DNA of 35,044 nucleotides, from assembly GCF_001194135.2 (NCBI RefSeq), contig NC_069001.1:9644618-9679661 (forward strand), in the 5' to 3' direction. Positions 1-14,772 of the stretch are shown here, piece by piece; position 1 is the first letter of the stretch; every line of letters begins with the position of its first letter. The stretch is from Octopus bimaculoides (Eukaryota). The notes under the pieces were generated by a model, which did no database searches, was not told the origin of the DNA, and saw only the letters and a program-made list of their open reading frames with translations. The position numbers and the translations under genes are program-made.

Positions 1-555
1 ACATACGAATGAACGATCAAACGAACGAACGTAGGAACGTACGTACGTACGTAAGAACGTACGTACGTAAGAACGTACGAACGAACGAACGAACGTACTA
101 ACGAACGAACGTACGTACGTACGAATGCACAAAAACAAATGAACGATCCAACGAACAAACGAATGAACGAATGAATGAACGTACGTACGTACGTACGATT
201 GGACCAATCGAACAAACAAAAGAAAGTATTGAAGGAGCGTACGAATGTAAATATGTACGTAGGTACGAATGAAAGAACGAACGAACGAACGAACAAACGT
301 GGGAACGAACGTACGTAAGTAAGTACGTAAGTAAGTACGAAAGAACGAACTATCGAACGAACGATCGAACGTACGTACGGTCGGACGGACGGACGAAAGA
401 ATAAACGAACGAAAGCATCTACGTACCACCGTACGTAAGGACAAACGAATGAGCAAATCAACGAATGTACGTATGTACGAACCAACGATAGTACGTCCGA
501 ACGTTCGAATGAACGAGATAACGGACGAACGAAATGAAGGAGCACGCGAACGAAC

Positions 556-651
556 GTACGTACGTACGAATGAACGTACGAACATACGTACGTACGTACG
601 AATGAACGTACGAACATACGTACGTACGTACGAATGAACGTACGAACATAC
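556..651 (+). repeat. 32-bp unit x3, perfect tandem inside the satellite
   Basis: GTACGTACGTACGAATGAACGTACGAACATAC starts at 556, 588 and 620. Confidence 0.85.
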
Positions 652-1160
652 GTAAGCACGAACGACGGAAAGAACCAGCGAAAGTACGTACGAACGAACT
701 AATGAATGAAATTACGTACGTACGTATGAACGTACGTAAGTACGTACGTACGAACGAAATATCGTACGTACGTAATTACGTAATACGATCGAACGAACGA
801 ACAAGCGATCGAACGAACGAATGCAAGAGCGACCGTAGGATCGTACGTTCGTTGGAATGAATTAACGATCGAAAGTAAGTACATACGTACGTACGAACGA
901 TCGAACGGACGGAGGGACGGACGAACGAACGATCGAACGTAGGAACGTACTACGTGCCTACGAACGAACGAATGAACGAACTAACGAACGAAAATACGTA
1001 CGTACGAATGCACAAAGGAAAAACGAGCGATCCAACGAACGGACGTACGTACGGACGTACGTAAGTACGTACGTACAAACGAGCCAACATATATACGTAC
1101 GTACGTTCGTATTTATGTACGAATAAACGTACGTACATACGTAAGTACGAACGACCGAAA

Positions 1161-1312
1161 GAACGAACGAACCTACTTTCGTATGATAGAAAGAAAGAAC
1201 TTACGTACGTACGTACGGATGAACGAACGATCCAACGAACGAACGAACCTACTTTCGTATGATAGAAAGAACAAACTTACGTACGTACGTACGGATGAAC
1301 GAACGATCCAAC
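1161..1312 (+). repeat. 76-bp tandem duplication inside the satellite
   Basis: Two near-identical units containing CCTACTTTCGTATGATAGAAAG (motif at 1172 and 1248). Confidence 0.85.
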
Positions 1313-4300
1313 GAACGAACGAAAGAACTATCGAACGTACGTAAGTACGAACGGACCAATGAACGAACGATCGAACAAAACAAAAAAGAACAAATAAAGG
1401 AACGAACGAATGTACGTACGTAGGTACGAACGAACGAACGAACGAATGTACGTGCGTACGCACGTACGTACGGACGGTCAGACGGACGAAAGAATAAACG
1501 AATGAAAGCATCTACGTTCCTCCATACGTAAGTACGTACGAACGAAGTAACGAAAGATTGAAATGACGGAGCAAGAGAACGTACGAACGAACATACGAAC
1601 GAACGAACGAACAAACGTACGAAAGAACTAACGAGTGAACTTACGTACGAACGTAAGTACGTACGGAAGAACGAAACATCGTACCTACGTAATTACGTAT
1701 TTACGATCGAACGAACGAGCGATCGAACGAACGAAAGCAAGAGCGACCGTTGGAACATACGTTCGTAGGAATGAAATAACGAACGAACGTACGTACATAT
1801 GTACGTACGAACGACCGAACGGACGGACGAGCGAAAGAACGAACGTTCGTACGTAAGCACGAACGAACGAACGAACTTAGGAACGTACCTACGTACGTAC
1901 GAACGAACGGAGGAACGTACTAACGAACGAATGTACGTACGTATGTACGACTGCACAAAAATCAAATGAACGATCCAACGAACGAACGTACGTATGTACA
2001 AACAAACCAACGTATATACATACGTACGTACCTATGTAGGTACGAATGAGCGTACGTATATACGTAAGTCCGAACGAACGAGCGAACTTACTTTCGTACG
2101 AACGAAAGAATAAACGTACGTACGTACGTACGAATGAACGTAGGAACGTACGTACGTACGTAAGAACGTAAGAACGAACGAATGAACGTACTAACGAACG
2201 AACGTACGTAAGTACGAATGCGCAAAAACAAATCAACGATTCAAAGAACGAACGAATGAACGAACGAATGAACGTACGTACGTACGTACGAACGGACCAA
2301 TTGAACAAACAAAAGAAAGGATTGAAGGAACATACGAATGTAAATATGTACGTAGGTACGAATGAAAGAACGAACGAACGAACGAACAAACGTGGGAACG
2401 AACGTACGTAAGTAAGTACGTACGAAAGAACGAACTATCGAACGAACGATCTAACGTACGTACGGTAGGACGGACGGACGAAAGAATAAACGAACGAAAG
2501 CATCTACGTACCTCCGTACGTAAGAACAAACGAATGAGCGAATCAACGAATGTACGTATGTACGAACCAACGATAGTACGTCCGTGCGTTCGAATGAACG
2601 AGATAACGGACGAATGAAATGAAGGAGCACGCGAACGAACGAACGTACGTACGAACGAACGAACGTACGAACGAACAAACGAACGAACATAAGTACGTAC
2701 GAACGAACGAACGCAATAGCGACCGTAGGAACGTACGTTCGTTGGAATGAAATAACGAGCGTATGTAAGTACATACGTACGTACGAACATCCGAACGGAC
2801 GGACGGACGAAGGAACGAACGTACGTACGAACGAACGACCGTACGTACGAACGAACGACCGTACGTACCTACAGACGTAAGAACGAACGGAGGAATGATC
2901 TAACGAACGAGCGTACGTAAGTACGAATACAGAAAAGAAAAACGAACGATCCAACGAACGGACGTACGCACGTACGTAAGTACGTACGTACGTACAAACG
3001 AACCAACGTATGTACGTGCGTACGTACGTACGTACGAATGAACGTACGAACATACGTAAGTACGAACGACGGAAAGAACGAGCGAACGTACGTACGAACG
3101 AACTAATGAATGAAATTACGTACGTATGAACGTACGTACGTATGAACGTACGTAAGTACGTACGTACGAACGAAATATCGTACGTACGTAATTACGTAAT
3201 ACGATCGAACGAACGAACGCAAGAGCGACCGTAGGAACGTACGTTCGTTGGAATGAATTAACGATCGAAAGTAAGTACATACGTACGTATGAACGACCGA
3301 ACGGACGGAAGGTCGGACGAACAACGTACGTATGAATTAAAGAAGGAACGTACGTACGTGAGCACGAACGAACGAACGATCGAACGAACGAACGTAGGAA
3401 CGTACTACGTGCATACGAACGAACGAAGGAACGAACTAACGAACGAAAATACGTACGTACGAATGCACAAAGGAAAAACGAACGATCCAACGAACGGACG
3501 TACGTACGCACGTACAAACGAGCCAACGTATATACGTGCGTACGTTCGTATGTACGTACGAATAAACGTACGTACATACGTAAGTACGAACGACCGAAAG
3601 AACGAACGAACCTACTTTCGTATGATAGAAAGAACGAACTTATGTACGTACGTACGGATGAACGAACGATCCAACGAACGAACGAATGAACTATCGAACG
3701 TACGTACGTACGAACGGACCAATGAACGAACGATCGAGAAAACAAAAAAGAACAAATAAAGGAAGGAACGAATGTACGTACGTAGGTTCGAACGAACGAA
3801 CGAACGAACGAACGAACAAACGAGGAAATGAACGTACGTACGAATGAACGAACGATCGAACGAAAGTAAGTGCATACGCACGTACGTACGGACGCTGAGA
3901 CGGACGAAAGAATAAACGAATGAAAGCATCTACGTTCCTCCGTACGTAAGTACGTACGAACGAAGTAACGAACGATTGAAATGACGGAGCAAGAGAACGT
4001 ACGAACGAACATAAGAACGAACGAACGAACGTACGAACGAACTAACGAATGAACTTACGTACGTACGTAAGTACGTACGGAAGAACGAAACATCGTACCT
4101 ACGTAATTACGTATTTACGATCGAACGAACGAACGAACGTACGTACGTTAGTACGTACGAACGAGCGATCGAACGAACGAACGCAAGAGCGACCGTAGGA
4201 ACATACGTTCGTAGAAATGAAATAACAAACGAACGTACGTACATATGTACGTACGAACGACCGAACGGACGGACGAGCGAAAGAACGAACGTACGTACGA

Positions 4301-5314
4301 ACGAAAGAACGAACGTTCGTACGTAAGCACGAACGAACGACCTTAGGAACGTACCTACGTACCTACGAACGAACGGAGGAACTTACTAACGAACGAATGT
4401 ACGTACGTACGTACGACTGCACAAAAAACAAATGAACGATCCAACGAACGAACGTACGTACGTACGCACGTACGTATGTACAAACAAACCAACGTATATA
4501 CGTACGTACGTACCTATGTAGGTACGAATGAGCGTACGTACATACGTAATTCCGAACGAGCGATCGAACGAACGAACGAACGAGCGATCGAACGATCGAA
4601 CGCAAGAGCGACCGTAGGAACGTACGTTCGTTGGAATGAATTAACGATCGAAAGTAAGTACATACGTACGTACGAACGACAGAACGGACGGAAGGACGGA
4701 CGAACGAACGTACGTATGAATGAAAGATGGAACGTACGTACGTGAGCACGAACGAACGAACGATCGAACGAAAGAATGTAGGAACGTACTACGTGCCTAC
4801 GAACGAACGAATGAACGAACTAACGAACGAAAATACGTACGTACGAATGTACAAAGGAAAAACGAACGATCCAACGAACGAACGTAAGTACGTACGTACA
4901 AACGAGCCAACGTATATACGTACGTACGTTCGTATGTACGTACGAATAAACGTACGTACATACGTAAGTACGAACGACCGAAAGAACGAACGAACCTACT
5001 TTCGTATGATAGAAAGAACGAACTTACGTACGTAGGTACGGATGAACGAACGATCCAACGGACGAACGAAAGAACTATCGAACGTACGTACGTACGAACG
5101 GACGATCGAACAAAACAAAAAAGAACAAATAAAGGAACGAACGAATGCACGTACGAAGGTACGAACGAACGAACGAACGAAGAAACGAGGAAACGAACGT
5201 ACGCACGAATGAACGAACGATCGAACGAACGAACGAACGTACGAACGAACTAACGAGTGAACTTACGTACGAACGTAAGTACGTACGGAAGAACGAAATA
5301 TCGTACCTACGTAA

Positions 5315-5324
5315 NNNNNNNNNN
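5315..5324. other. 10-N assembly gap inside the satellite
   Basis: Run of 10 Ns. Confidence 0.99.
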
Positions 5325-7993
5325 GAACGGACGATCGAACAAAACAAAAAAGAACAAATAAAGGAACGAACGAATGCACGTACGAAGGTACGAACGAACG
5401 AACGAACGAACGAAGAAACGAGGAAACGAACGTACGCACGAATGAACGAACGATCGAACGAACGAACGAACGTATGTGCGTACGCACGTACGTACGGACG
5501 GTCAGACGGACGAAAGAATAAACGAATGAAAGCATCTACGTTCCTCCGTACGTAAGTAGGTACGAACGAAGTAACGAACGATTGAAATGACGGAGCAAGA
5601 GAACGTACGAACGAACATACGAACGAACGAACGAACGTACGAACGAACTAACGAGTGAACTTACGTACGAACGTAAGTACGTACGGAAGAACGAAATATC
5701 GTACCTACGTAATTACGTATTTACGATCGAACGAACGAACGAACGTACGTTAGTACGTTAGTACGTACGAACGAGCGATCGAACGAACGAACGCAAGAGC
5801 GACCATAGGAACATACGTTCGTAGGAATGAAATAACGAACGAACGAACGTACGTACATATGTACGTACGAACGACCGAACGACCGAACGGACGGCCGATC
5901 GAAAGAACGAACGAACGAACTTAGGAACGTACCTACGTACCGAGGAACGAACGGAGGAACGTACTAACGAACGAATGTACGTACGTACGTACGTACGACT
6001 GCACAAAAAACAAATGAACGATCCAACGAACGAACGTACGTACGTATGTACAAACAAGCCAACGTATATACGTACGTACGTACCTATGTAGGTACGAATG
6101 AGCGTACGTACATACGTAAGTCCGAACGAACGAGCGAACTTACTTTCGTACGAACGAAAGAACAAACGTACGTACGAATGAACGATCAAACGAACGAACG
6201 AACGAACGAACGTACTAACGAACGAACGTACGTACGTACGAATGCACAAAAACAAATGAACGATCTAACGAACGAACGAATGAACGAACGAATGAACGTA
6301 CGTACGAACGAACCAATCGAACAAACAAAAGAAAGGATTGAAGGAACGTACGAATGTAAATATGTATGTAGGTACGAATGAAAGAACGAACGAACGAACG
6401 AACAAACGTGGGAACGAACGTACGTAAGTAAGTACGTAAGTACGTACGAAAGAATGAACTATCGAACGAACGATCGAACGTACGTACGGTCGGACGGACT
6501 GACGAAAGAATAAACGAACGAAAGCATCTACGTACCTCCGTACGTACGAACGAACGAGCGTACGAACGTACAAACGAACGAACATAAGTACGTACGAACG
6601 AACGAACGAGCGATCGAACGAACGAACGCAATAGCGACCGTAGGAACGTACGTTCGTTGGAATGAAATAACGAGCGTATGTAAGTACATACGTACGTACG
6701 AACTTCCGAACGGACGGACGGACGAAGGATCGAACGTACGTACGAACGAACGGAGGAATAATCTAACGAACGAGCGTACTTAAGTACGAATACAGAAAAG
6801 AAAAATGAACGATCCAACGAACGGACTTACGCACGTACGTAAGTACGTACGTAAAAACGAACCAACGTATATACGTGCGTACGTACGTACGTACGTACGA
6901 ATGAATGTACGAACATACGTAAGTACGAACGACGGAAAGAACGAACGAACGGACTTACAAATGAACGAACGAACCAACCAACGAATGAATGATCGAACGT
7001 ACGTGCGCACGAACGGACCAATGAACGAACGATCGAACAAAAAATAGAAAGAACGATTGAAGGAAGGAATGAACGAATCTACGTACGTAGGTACGAACGA
7101 AAGAACGAACGAACGTACGTGCGTACGTAAGTACGTACGGACGGACAGACGGACGAAAGAATAGACGAATGAAAGCATCTACGTACCTCCGTACGTACGT
7201 CCGAACGATCGAGCAAATGATCGTATGTACGTGCAAACTATAGTACGTAAGTACGTACGAACGAACGAACGGACGAAATGAAGGAGCAAGAGAACGTACG
7301 AACGAACGTACGTACGTACATACATACGTACGTACGAACGACCGAACGGACGGTCAGGCGAAATAACCAATTTACGTACGAACGAAAGAACGAACGTACG
7401 TACGTTAGCACGAACGAACGTAGGAACGTACGTACGTACCTACGAACAAATGAAGGAACGTACTAGCGTACGTACGTACGAATGCACAAAAAACAAATGA
7501 ACCATCCAACGAACGAACGTACGTACGTGTACAAACGTAAGTCTGAACGAACGACCGAACTTACTTTCGTACGAACGAAAGTAAGAACGTACGTACGTAC
7601 GAATGAACGAACAATCGAACGAACGAACGAGCGATCGAACGAACGCAAGAGCGACCGTAAGAACGTACGTTCGTTGGAATGAAATAAAGAACAAACGTAA
7701 GTATATACGTACGTACGAACGACCGAACGGACGGACAGACGAAGGAAGGAACGAACTAACGAACGAGCGTACGTACGTACGAATGCACAAGAAAAAAACG
7801 AACGATCCAACGAATGGATGTACGTACGCACGTACATACGTACAAAAGAACCAACGGATGTACGTACGAATGAATCTACGTACATACGTAGGGACTAACG
7901 ACCGAAAGAACGAACGAACGTACTTTCGTATGATAGAAAGAACGAACGTACGTACGAATGAACGAACGATCCAACGAAGAAACGAAAGAACGT

Positions 7994-10900
7994 ACGTTCG
8001 ATAGTTCTTTCGTTCGTCCTTACGAACGTACGTTCCTTCTTTCGTTCGTACGTACGTTCGCTCGTTCGTCCGTCCGTCGTTTTTTCGATCGTAAATACGT
8101 AATTACGTACGAACGATATTTCGTTCGTACGTACGTACTTACGTACGTTCATACGTACGTACGTAATTTCATTCATTAGTTCGTTCGTACGTTCGCGTCC
8201 TCCTTCATTTCGAAAGTACGTGCGTAATATCGTTTGTTCGTACATACGTACATTCGCTGATTCGCTCGTTCGCTCGTTCGTTCTTACGTAGGGAGGTACG
8301 TAGATGTTTTCGTTCGTTTATTCTGTCGTCCGTCCGTCCGTCCGTCCGACCGTACGTACGTTTGTTCGTTCATTCGTTCTTTCGTACGTATGTACTTATT
8401 TTCGATCGTTATTTCATTCGAACGAACGTACGTTCCTACTGTCGCTCTTGCGTTCGTTCGTTCGTACGTACGTTCGCTCGTACGTTCGCGTCCTCCATCA
8501 TTTCGAACGTACGTACGTACGATCTTTCGTTCTTACATACGTACATTCGTTGATTCGCTCGTTCGTTCGTTCTTTCGTAGGGAGGTACCTAGATGCTTTC
8601 GTTCGTTTATTCTGTCGTCCGTCCGTCCGACCGTACGTACGTTCGTTCGTTCGATCGTTCGTTCATTCGTTCGGACCTACGTATGTACGTACGTTCATTC
8701 GTACGTACGTATATACGTTGGTTTGTTTGTAGGTACATTTGTTCGTTGGAACGTTCATTTGTACTTTGTGCATTCGTGTTTACGTACGTACGTACGTTCG
8801 TTCTTTCGTTCGTACGTATCTTGGTTCTTTCGCCCGTCCTTCCGTTCGGTCGTTCGTACGTACGTACGTTCGTTCGTTATTTCATTCCTACGAACTTACT
8901 TTCCTACGGTCGCTCTTGCGTTCGTTCGTTCGATCGCTCGTTCGTTCGATCGTAAATACGTAATTACGTACGTGCGATATATCGTTCGTTCATTCGTTAG
9001 TTCTTTCATACGTTCGTTCGTTCGTTCTTTCTCTTGCTCCTTCATTTCATTCGTTCATTACTTCGTTCGTCCGTACGTACTTACGTACTATCGTTTGCTG
9101 GTACATACGTACAGACGCTCATTCGCTCGTACGTACGTACGTACGTACTGAGGTACGTAGATGCTTTCGATCGTTTATTCCTTCGTCCGTCTATCCGTCC
9201 GTACGCACGTACGTTCGTTCGATCGTTCGTAGGTACGTTCGTACATACGTATGTACGTACGTTCATTCGTACGTACATACGTACGTACGTATATACGTGG
9301 GTTCGTTTGTACGTACGTAATTACGTACTTGCGTACGTCCGTTCGTTGGATTGTTCGTTTTTCTTTTGTGCATTCGTTCGTACGTACGCTCGTTCGTTCG
9401 TTCGTGTGTTCGTTCGTGCTTACGTACGTGCGTTCGTTCTTTCGGTCGTACGTACCTTCGTACGTACGTTCGTTCCTTCGTCCGTTCGGTCGTTCGTACG
9501 TACGTATGTACTTACGTTCGTTCGTTATTTCATTCCAACGAACGTACGTTCCTACGGTCGGTATTGCGTTCGTTCGTTCGTTCGTACGTACTTTCGTTCG
9601 TGTGCTCCTTCATTTCGTTCGTTCGTTACCTCGTTCATTCGAACATACGTACGTACTATCGTTCTTTCGTACATACGTACGATTCGCTCATTCGTTCGTT
9701 CTTACGTACGGAGGTACGTAGATGCTTTCGTTCGTTTATTCTGTCGTCCGTCCGTCCGACCTTACGTACTTTCGTTCGTTTCCTCGTTTGTTCGTTCGTT
9801 CGTACCTACGTACATATTTACATTCGTTGGTTCCTTCAATCCTTCTTTCTTTTGTTGCTTCGATTGTTCGTTCATTGGTCCGTTCGTACGTACGTTCGTT
9901 CGTTCGTCTTTCGTTCGTTGGATCGTTCGTTCATTCGGACGTACGTACGTACGTTCGTTCTTTCGTTCGTACGAAAGTAAATTTTTTCGTTCGTTCGGAC
10001 TTACGTATGTACGTACGTTCATTCGTACCTACATACGTACGCACGTACGTATATACGTTGGTTTGTTTGTACGTACGTACATACGTACGTGCGTACGTAC
10101 GTACATACGTACGTGCGTACGTACGTACGCGCGTTCGTTCGTTGGATCGTTCATTTGTTTTTTGTGCATTCGTACGTACGTTCATTCGTTAGTACGTTCC
10201 TTCATTCTTTCGTACGATCGTAGGTACTTACGTACGTTCCTACGTTCGATCGTTCGTTCATGCTTACGTACGTACGTTCGTTCTTCCGTTCGTACGTACG
10301 TTCGTTCTTTCGCCCGTCCGTCCGTTCGTTCGTTCGTACGAATATATGTACGTACGTGCGTTCGTTATTTCATACCTACGAACGTAAATTCCTACTTTCG
10401 CTCTTGCTTTCGTTCGTTGGATCGCTCGTTCGTTCTTTCGTTCGTACTTACGTACGTATGTTCGTTCGTTCGATCGTAAATACGTAATTACGTACGTACG
10501 ATATTTCGTTCGTACGTAAGTTCATTCGTTGGTTCGTTCATACGTTCGATCTTTCGTACGTACGTTCGTTCGTACTTTCTGTTGCTCCTTCATTTCGTTC
10601 GTTCGTTACTTCGTTCGTTCGTACGTACTTACGTACTATCGTTTGCTCGTACATACGTGCATACGCTCATTCGCTCGCTCGTTCGTACGTACGTACGTAC
10701 GTAGATGATTTCGTTCGTTTATTCTTTCGTCCGTCTGTCCGTCCGTCCGTACGTACGTACACACGTACGTTCGTTCTTTCGATCGTTCGTTCTTTCGTAC
10801 GTACGTTCGTTTTATCGTTTGTTAGCTCGTTCGTTCGTTTGTACCTACGTACGTACATTCGTTCGTTCCTTCAATCGTTCTTTCTTTTTTTGTTCGATGG

Positions 10901-13900
10901 TTCGTTCATTGGTCCTTTCGTACGTACGTAGGTACGTACGTACGTTCGATCGTTCGTACGTACGTATCTACGTACGTTCGTTCGTTATTTCATTCCTACG
11001 GTCGCTCTTGCCTTCGTTTGTTCGATCGCTCGTTCGTACGTACGTCCGTACGTTCGTTCGTAAATACGTACATACGTACGTACGTAAGTTCGTTCGCTAG
11101 TTCGTTCGTTCGTTCGTTCGTATGTATGTTCGTTCGTACGTTCTCTTGCTCCTTCATTTCAATCGTTCGTTACTTCGTTCGTACGTACTTACGTACTATC
11201 GATTGCTCGTACATACATACGCTCATTCGCCCGTTCGTTCGTACTTACATACGGAGGTACGTAGATGCTTTCGTTTGTTTATTCTTTCGTCCCTTTGTCC
11301 GTACGTACGCACGTTCGTTCGTTCGTTCGTACCTACGTACGTACATTCGTTCGTTCCTTCAATCATTCTTTCTTTTTTTGTTCGATGGTTCGTTCATTGG
11401 TCCTTTCGTACGTACGTAGGTACGTACGTACGTTCGATCGTTCGTTCGTTGGATCGTACGTTCATTCGTACGTACGAACGTGCGTTCGTTCTTTCTATCA
11501 TACGAAAGTACGTTCTTTCGGTCGTTCGTACATACTTATGAACGTACGTTTATTCGTTCGTACATACGTACGTACGTACGTACGTATATACGTTGGTTCG
11601 TTTGTACGTACGTACTTACGGACGCGCTTATGTACGTACGTGCGTACGTACGTACGTCCGTTCGTTGGATCGTTCGTTGGATCGCTCGTTCGTTCGTACG
11701 TACGTACGGACGTATTTAGACGCTTTTGTTCGTTTATTCGTACGCCCGTACGTACGTACATACATTCGTTCGTTCGTACGTACGTAGTTTTGTACGTTAG
11801 TTCGTTCTTTCATTCGTTCTTTCTTTTGTTTGTTTGATCGTTCGTTCATTGGTTCGTTCATACGTACGTACGTACGTACATTCGTTCGTTAGTCGTTCAT
11901 TCGTACGTTCGTTCGTTCTTACGTACGTTCGTTCGTTAGTCGTTCATTCGTACGTTCGTTCGTTCTTACGTACGTTCGTTCGTTCTTACGTTCGTTTGTT
12001 CTTACGTTCGTTTGTTCGCACTTTCGTTCGTACGTTTGCTCGCTCGTTCGTTCGTTCATTTGTACGTACGTATGTACGTTCCTTTGATCATTCGTACGTA
12101 CGTACTTAGACACGTATTTATGTACGTACGACATGCGTTCGTTCGATCGTCCGTTCATTCGTTCGAGCTTACGAACGTGCGTCCGTTCTTTTGTTCGCAC
12201 GTACGTTCGTCCGTCCGTCTGTTCGGTCGTTTGTACGTACGTACGTACGTTGTTTCGTTCGTACGAAAGTACGTTCGTTCGGTCGTTCGTACTTACGTAT
12301 GAATGTACGTTCGTTATTTTGTTCGTTCATATGTACGTATATACGTTTGTTCGTTTGTACGTACGTACTTACGTACATGCGTACGTACGTATGTTCTTTT
12401 TTTGGAACGTTGGATTGTTCTTTCTTGCATTCGTACGTACGTACGTTCGTTCGTTAGTTTGTTCGTTCGTTCGTTCGTACATACGTACGTACTTACGTTC
12501 CTACGTTCGTTCGTTCGATCGTGCGTTCGTTCGTGCGTACGTACTTACATACGTACGTTCGTTCGTTCTTTCTTGCGTTCGTACATACCTACGTATGTAC
12601 TACGTTCGTTCGTTCGTTCGTTCGTTCGTTCGTAATTACGTACGAACGAACGTACGTACGTTTGTTCTTGGTTTCTTTCATTAGTACGTACGTACGTTCG
12701 TTCTTCTGTTCGTACGTACGTATTTCCGTTCGTTCGTTCGTCATTTCGTTCGATCGTACATACATAATAACGTAGGTACGTTCCTTTGTTCGTTCATACG
12801 TTAGTACGTACGTTTGTTCATTCGTTAGTTCGTTCTTACTTTCGTTCGTTCGTTCTTACCTTCGTAACTACCTACGTTCATTCGTTCGTTCGTTTGTACG
12901 TAAGTACTATCGCTCTTTCGCACATACGCAGGTACGTTCTTTCGCTCGTTCGTACGTACGGACGTATGTAGGTGCTTTCGTTCGTTCGTACGTACGTGCG
13001 TACTTTTGTACGTTCGTTCTTTCGAACATTCGTACTTTTGTACGTTCGAGCATTCGTTCGTTAGTCGTTCTTACGTACTTTCGTTCTCCCTTTCTTACGT
13101 ACGTTTGCTCGCTCATTCTTTCGTGCTTACGTACGTATGTTAGTTCGTTCGTACGTATGTACGTTCGTTTGATCATTCGTACGTACGTACGTTCGTTTGA
13201 TCATTCGTACGTACGTACTTAGGTACGTATTTACGTACGTACGTACATGCGTTCATTCGATCGTTCGCTCGTCCGTCCGTCATTTCGGTCGTTCGTACGT
13301 ACGTTCGTTCGTTATTTCATTCGTACGAACTTACGTTACTACGGTCATCCTTGCGTTCGTTCGTTCGATCGTAAATACGTAGTTACGTACGTACGATATT
13401 TCGTTCGTTCGTACGTACATACGTAGTTACGTACGTTCGATATTTCGTTCGTTCGTACGTACATACGTAGTTACGTACGTACGATATTTCGTTCGTTCGT
13501 ACGTACATACGTAATTTCGTTATTCGTTCATTCGCTTCCTCCTTCATTTCGTTCGTTACTTCGTCCGTTCTTTCGGTCGTTCGTACTTACGTATGTAAGT
13601 ACGTTCGTTCTGTCGGTCGTTCGTACTTACTTATGTACGTACGTTCGTTCTTTCGTTCTTTCATTGGATCGTTCGTTTGTTCTTTTTCTGCATTCGTACG
13701 TACATACGTTTGATCGTTAGTTCGTTCGTTCGTTCGTTCGTTCGTTCAATCTTTCGTTCTAGCGTTTGTTCGTGCTTACGTACGTATGTTCTTTCTGTCA
13801 TTCGTTCGTTCGTTCGTACTTACGTATGTACGTACGTTCGTTCTTTCGTTCGGTCATTCGTATGTACATACGTACGTACGTACGTTCGTATTTACGTTGG

Positions 13901-14741
13901 TTCGTTTGTACGTACGTACGTACGTTCGTTCGTTGGATCGTTCGTTTGTTCATTTTTGCATTCGTACCTACGTACGTTCGATCGTTAGTTCGTTCTTACG
14001 TTCGTAGGTACGCACGTTCGCTCGTTCGAACATTCGTTCGTTCGTGCTTACGTACGTACGTTGGTTCTTTCATTCGTACGTACGTACCTTCGTTCGTTCG
14101 TACGTACGGTCGCTCGTTCGTTCGTTATTTCGTTCGTTCGTACGTACGTACAGAGGTACGTAGATGCTTTCGTTCGTTTATTCTTTCGTCCGTACGTACG
14201 TACGCACGTACGTTCCTTCATTCGTTCGTTCGTTCTTTCGTACGTACGTACTTTTGTTTCCTCGTTTGTTCGTTCGTTCGTTCGTTCGTACCTACGTATA
14301 TACTTACATTCCTTCTTTCCTTCAATCGTTCTTTCTTTTGTTTGTTCCATCGTTCGTTCATTGGGCCGTTCGTACGTACGTTCGTTCGTTCGTCGTTCGT
14401 TTTTTCGTTGGATCGTTCGTTCATTCGTACTACGTTCGTTCGTTAGTTCGTTCGTTTGTTAGTACGTACGAACGTACGTACGTACGTTTGTTCTTTCGTT
14501 TAGTTCGTTCTTTTGTTCGATCGTGGGTTTTTTCATTCGCACGTACGTTCGTTCGTTCGATCGCTCTTTCGTACTAACGTATGTACGTACGTTCGTACAT
14601 ACGTAATAACGTAGGTACGTTCTTTCGTTCGTTCGTACGTACGTACGTACCTTTGTTCATTCGTTAGTTCGTTCGTACGCTATTTCGTTCGTTTGTACGT
14701 AAGTACTATCGTTCGTTCGCACATACACAGGTACGTTCTTT

Positions 14742-14772
<31 letters not shown>

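Larger units (their letters stand above)
1..7993 (+). repeat. CpG-dense tetranucleotide-derived satellite, left arm (A-rich strand on +); continues beyond window start
   Basis: Continuous (GAAC)n/(GTAC)n words with recurring diagnostic modules. Example: GAAAGAATAAACGAAYGAAAGCATCTACG at ~412, 1505, 2497, 3923, 5529, 6521 and 7172. GCAA(G/T)AGCGACCGTAGGA and TGCACAAA...GATCCAACG also recur many times. Confidence 0.95.

Noticed and set aside
6495-6540. Hammerhead-like CTGACGA...GAAAG-CAT-CTA inside a satellite module
   Set aside because: The would-be stem II (AAGAATAAACGAAC) cannot pair, stem I is out of register, and the other module copies read CGGACGA. It is a chance single substitution.
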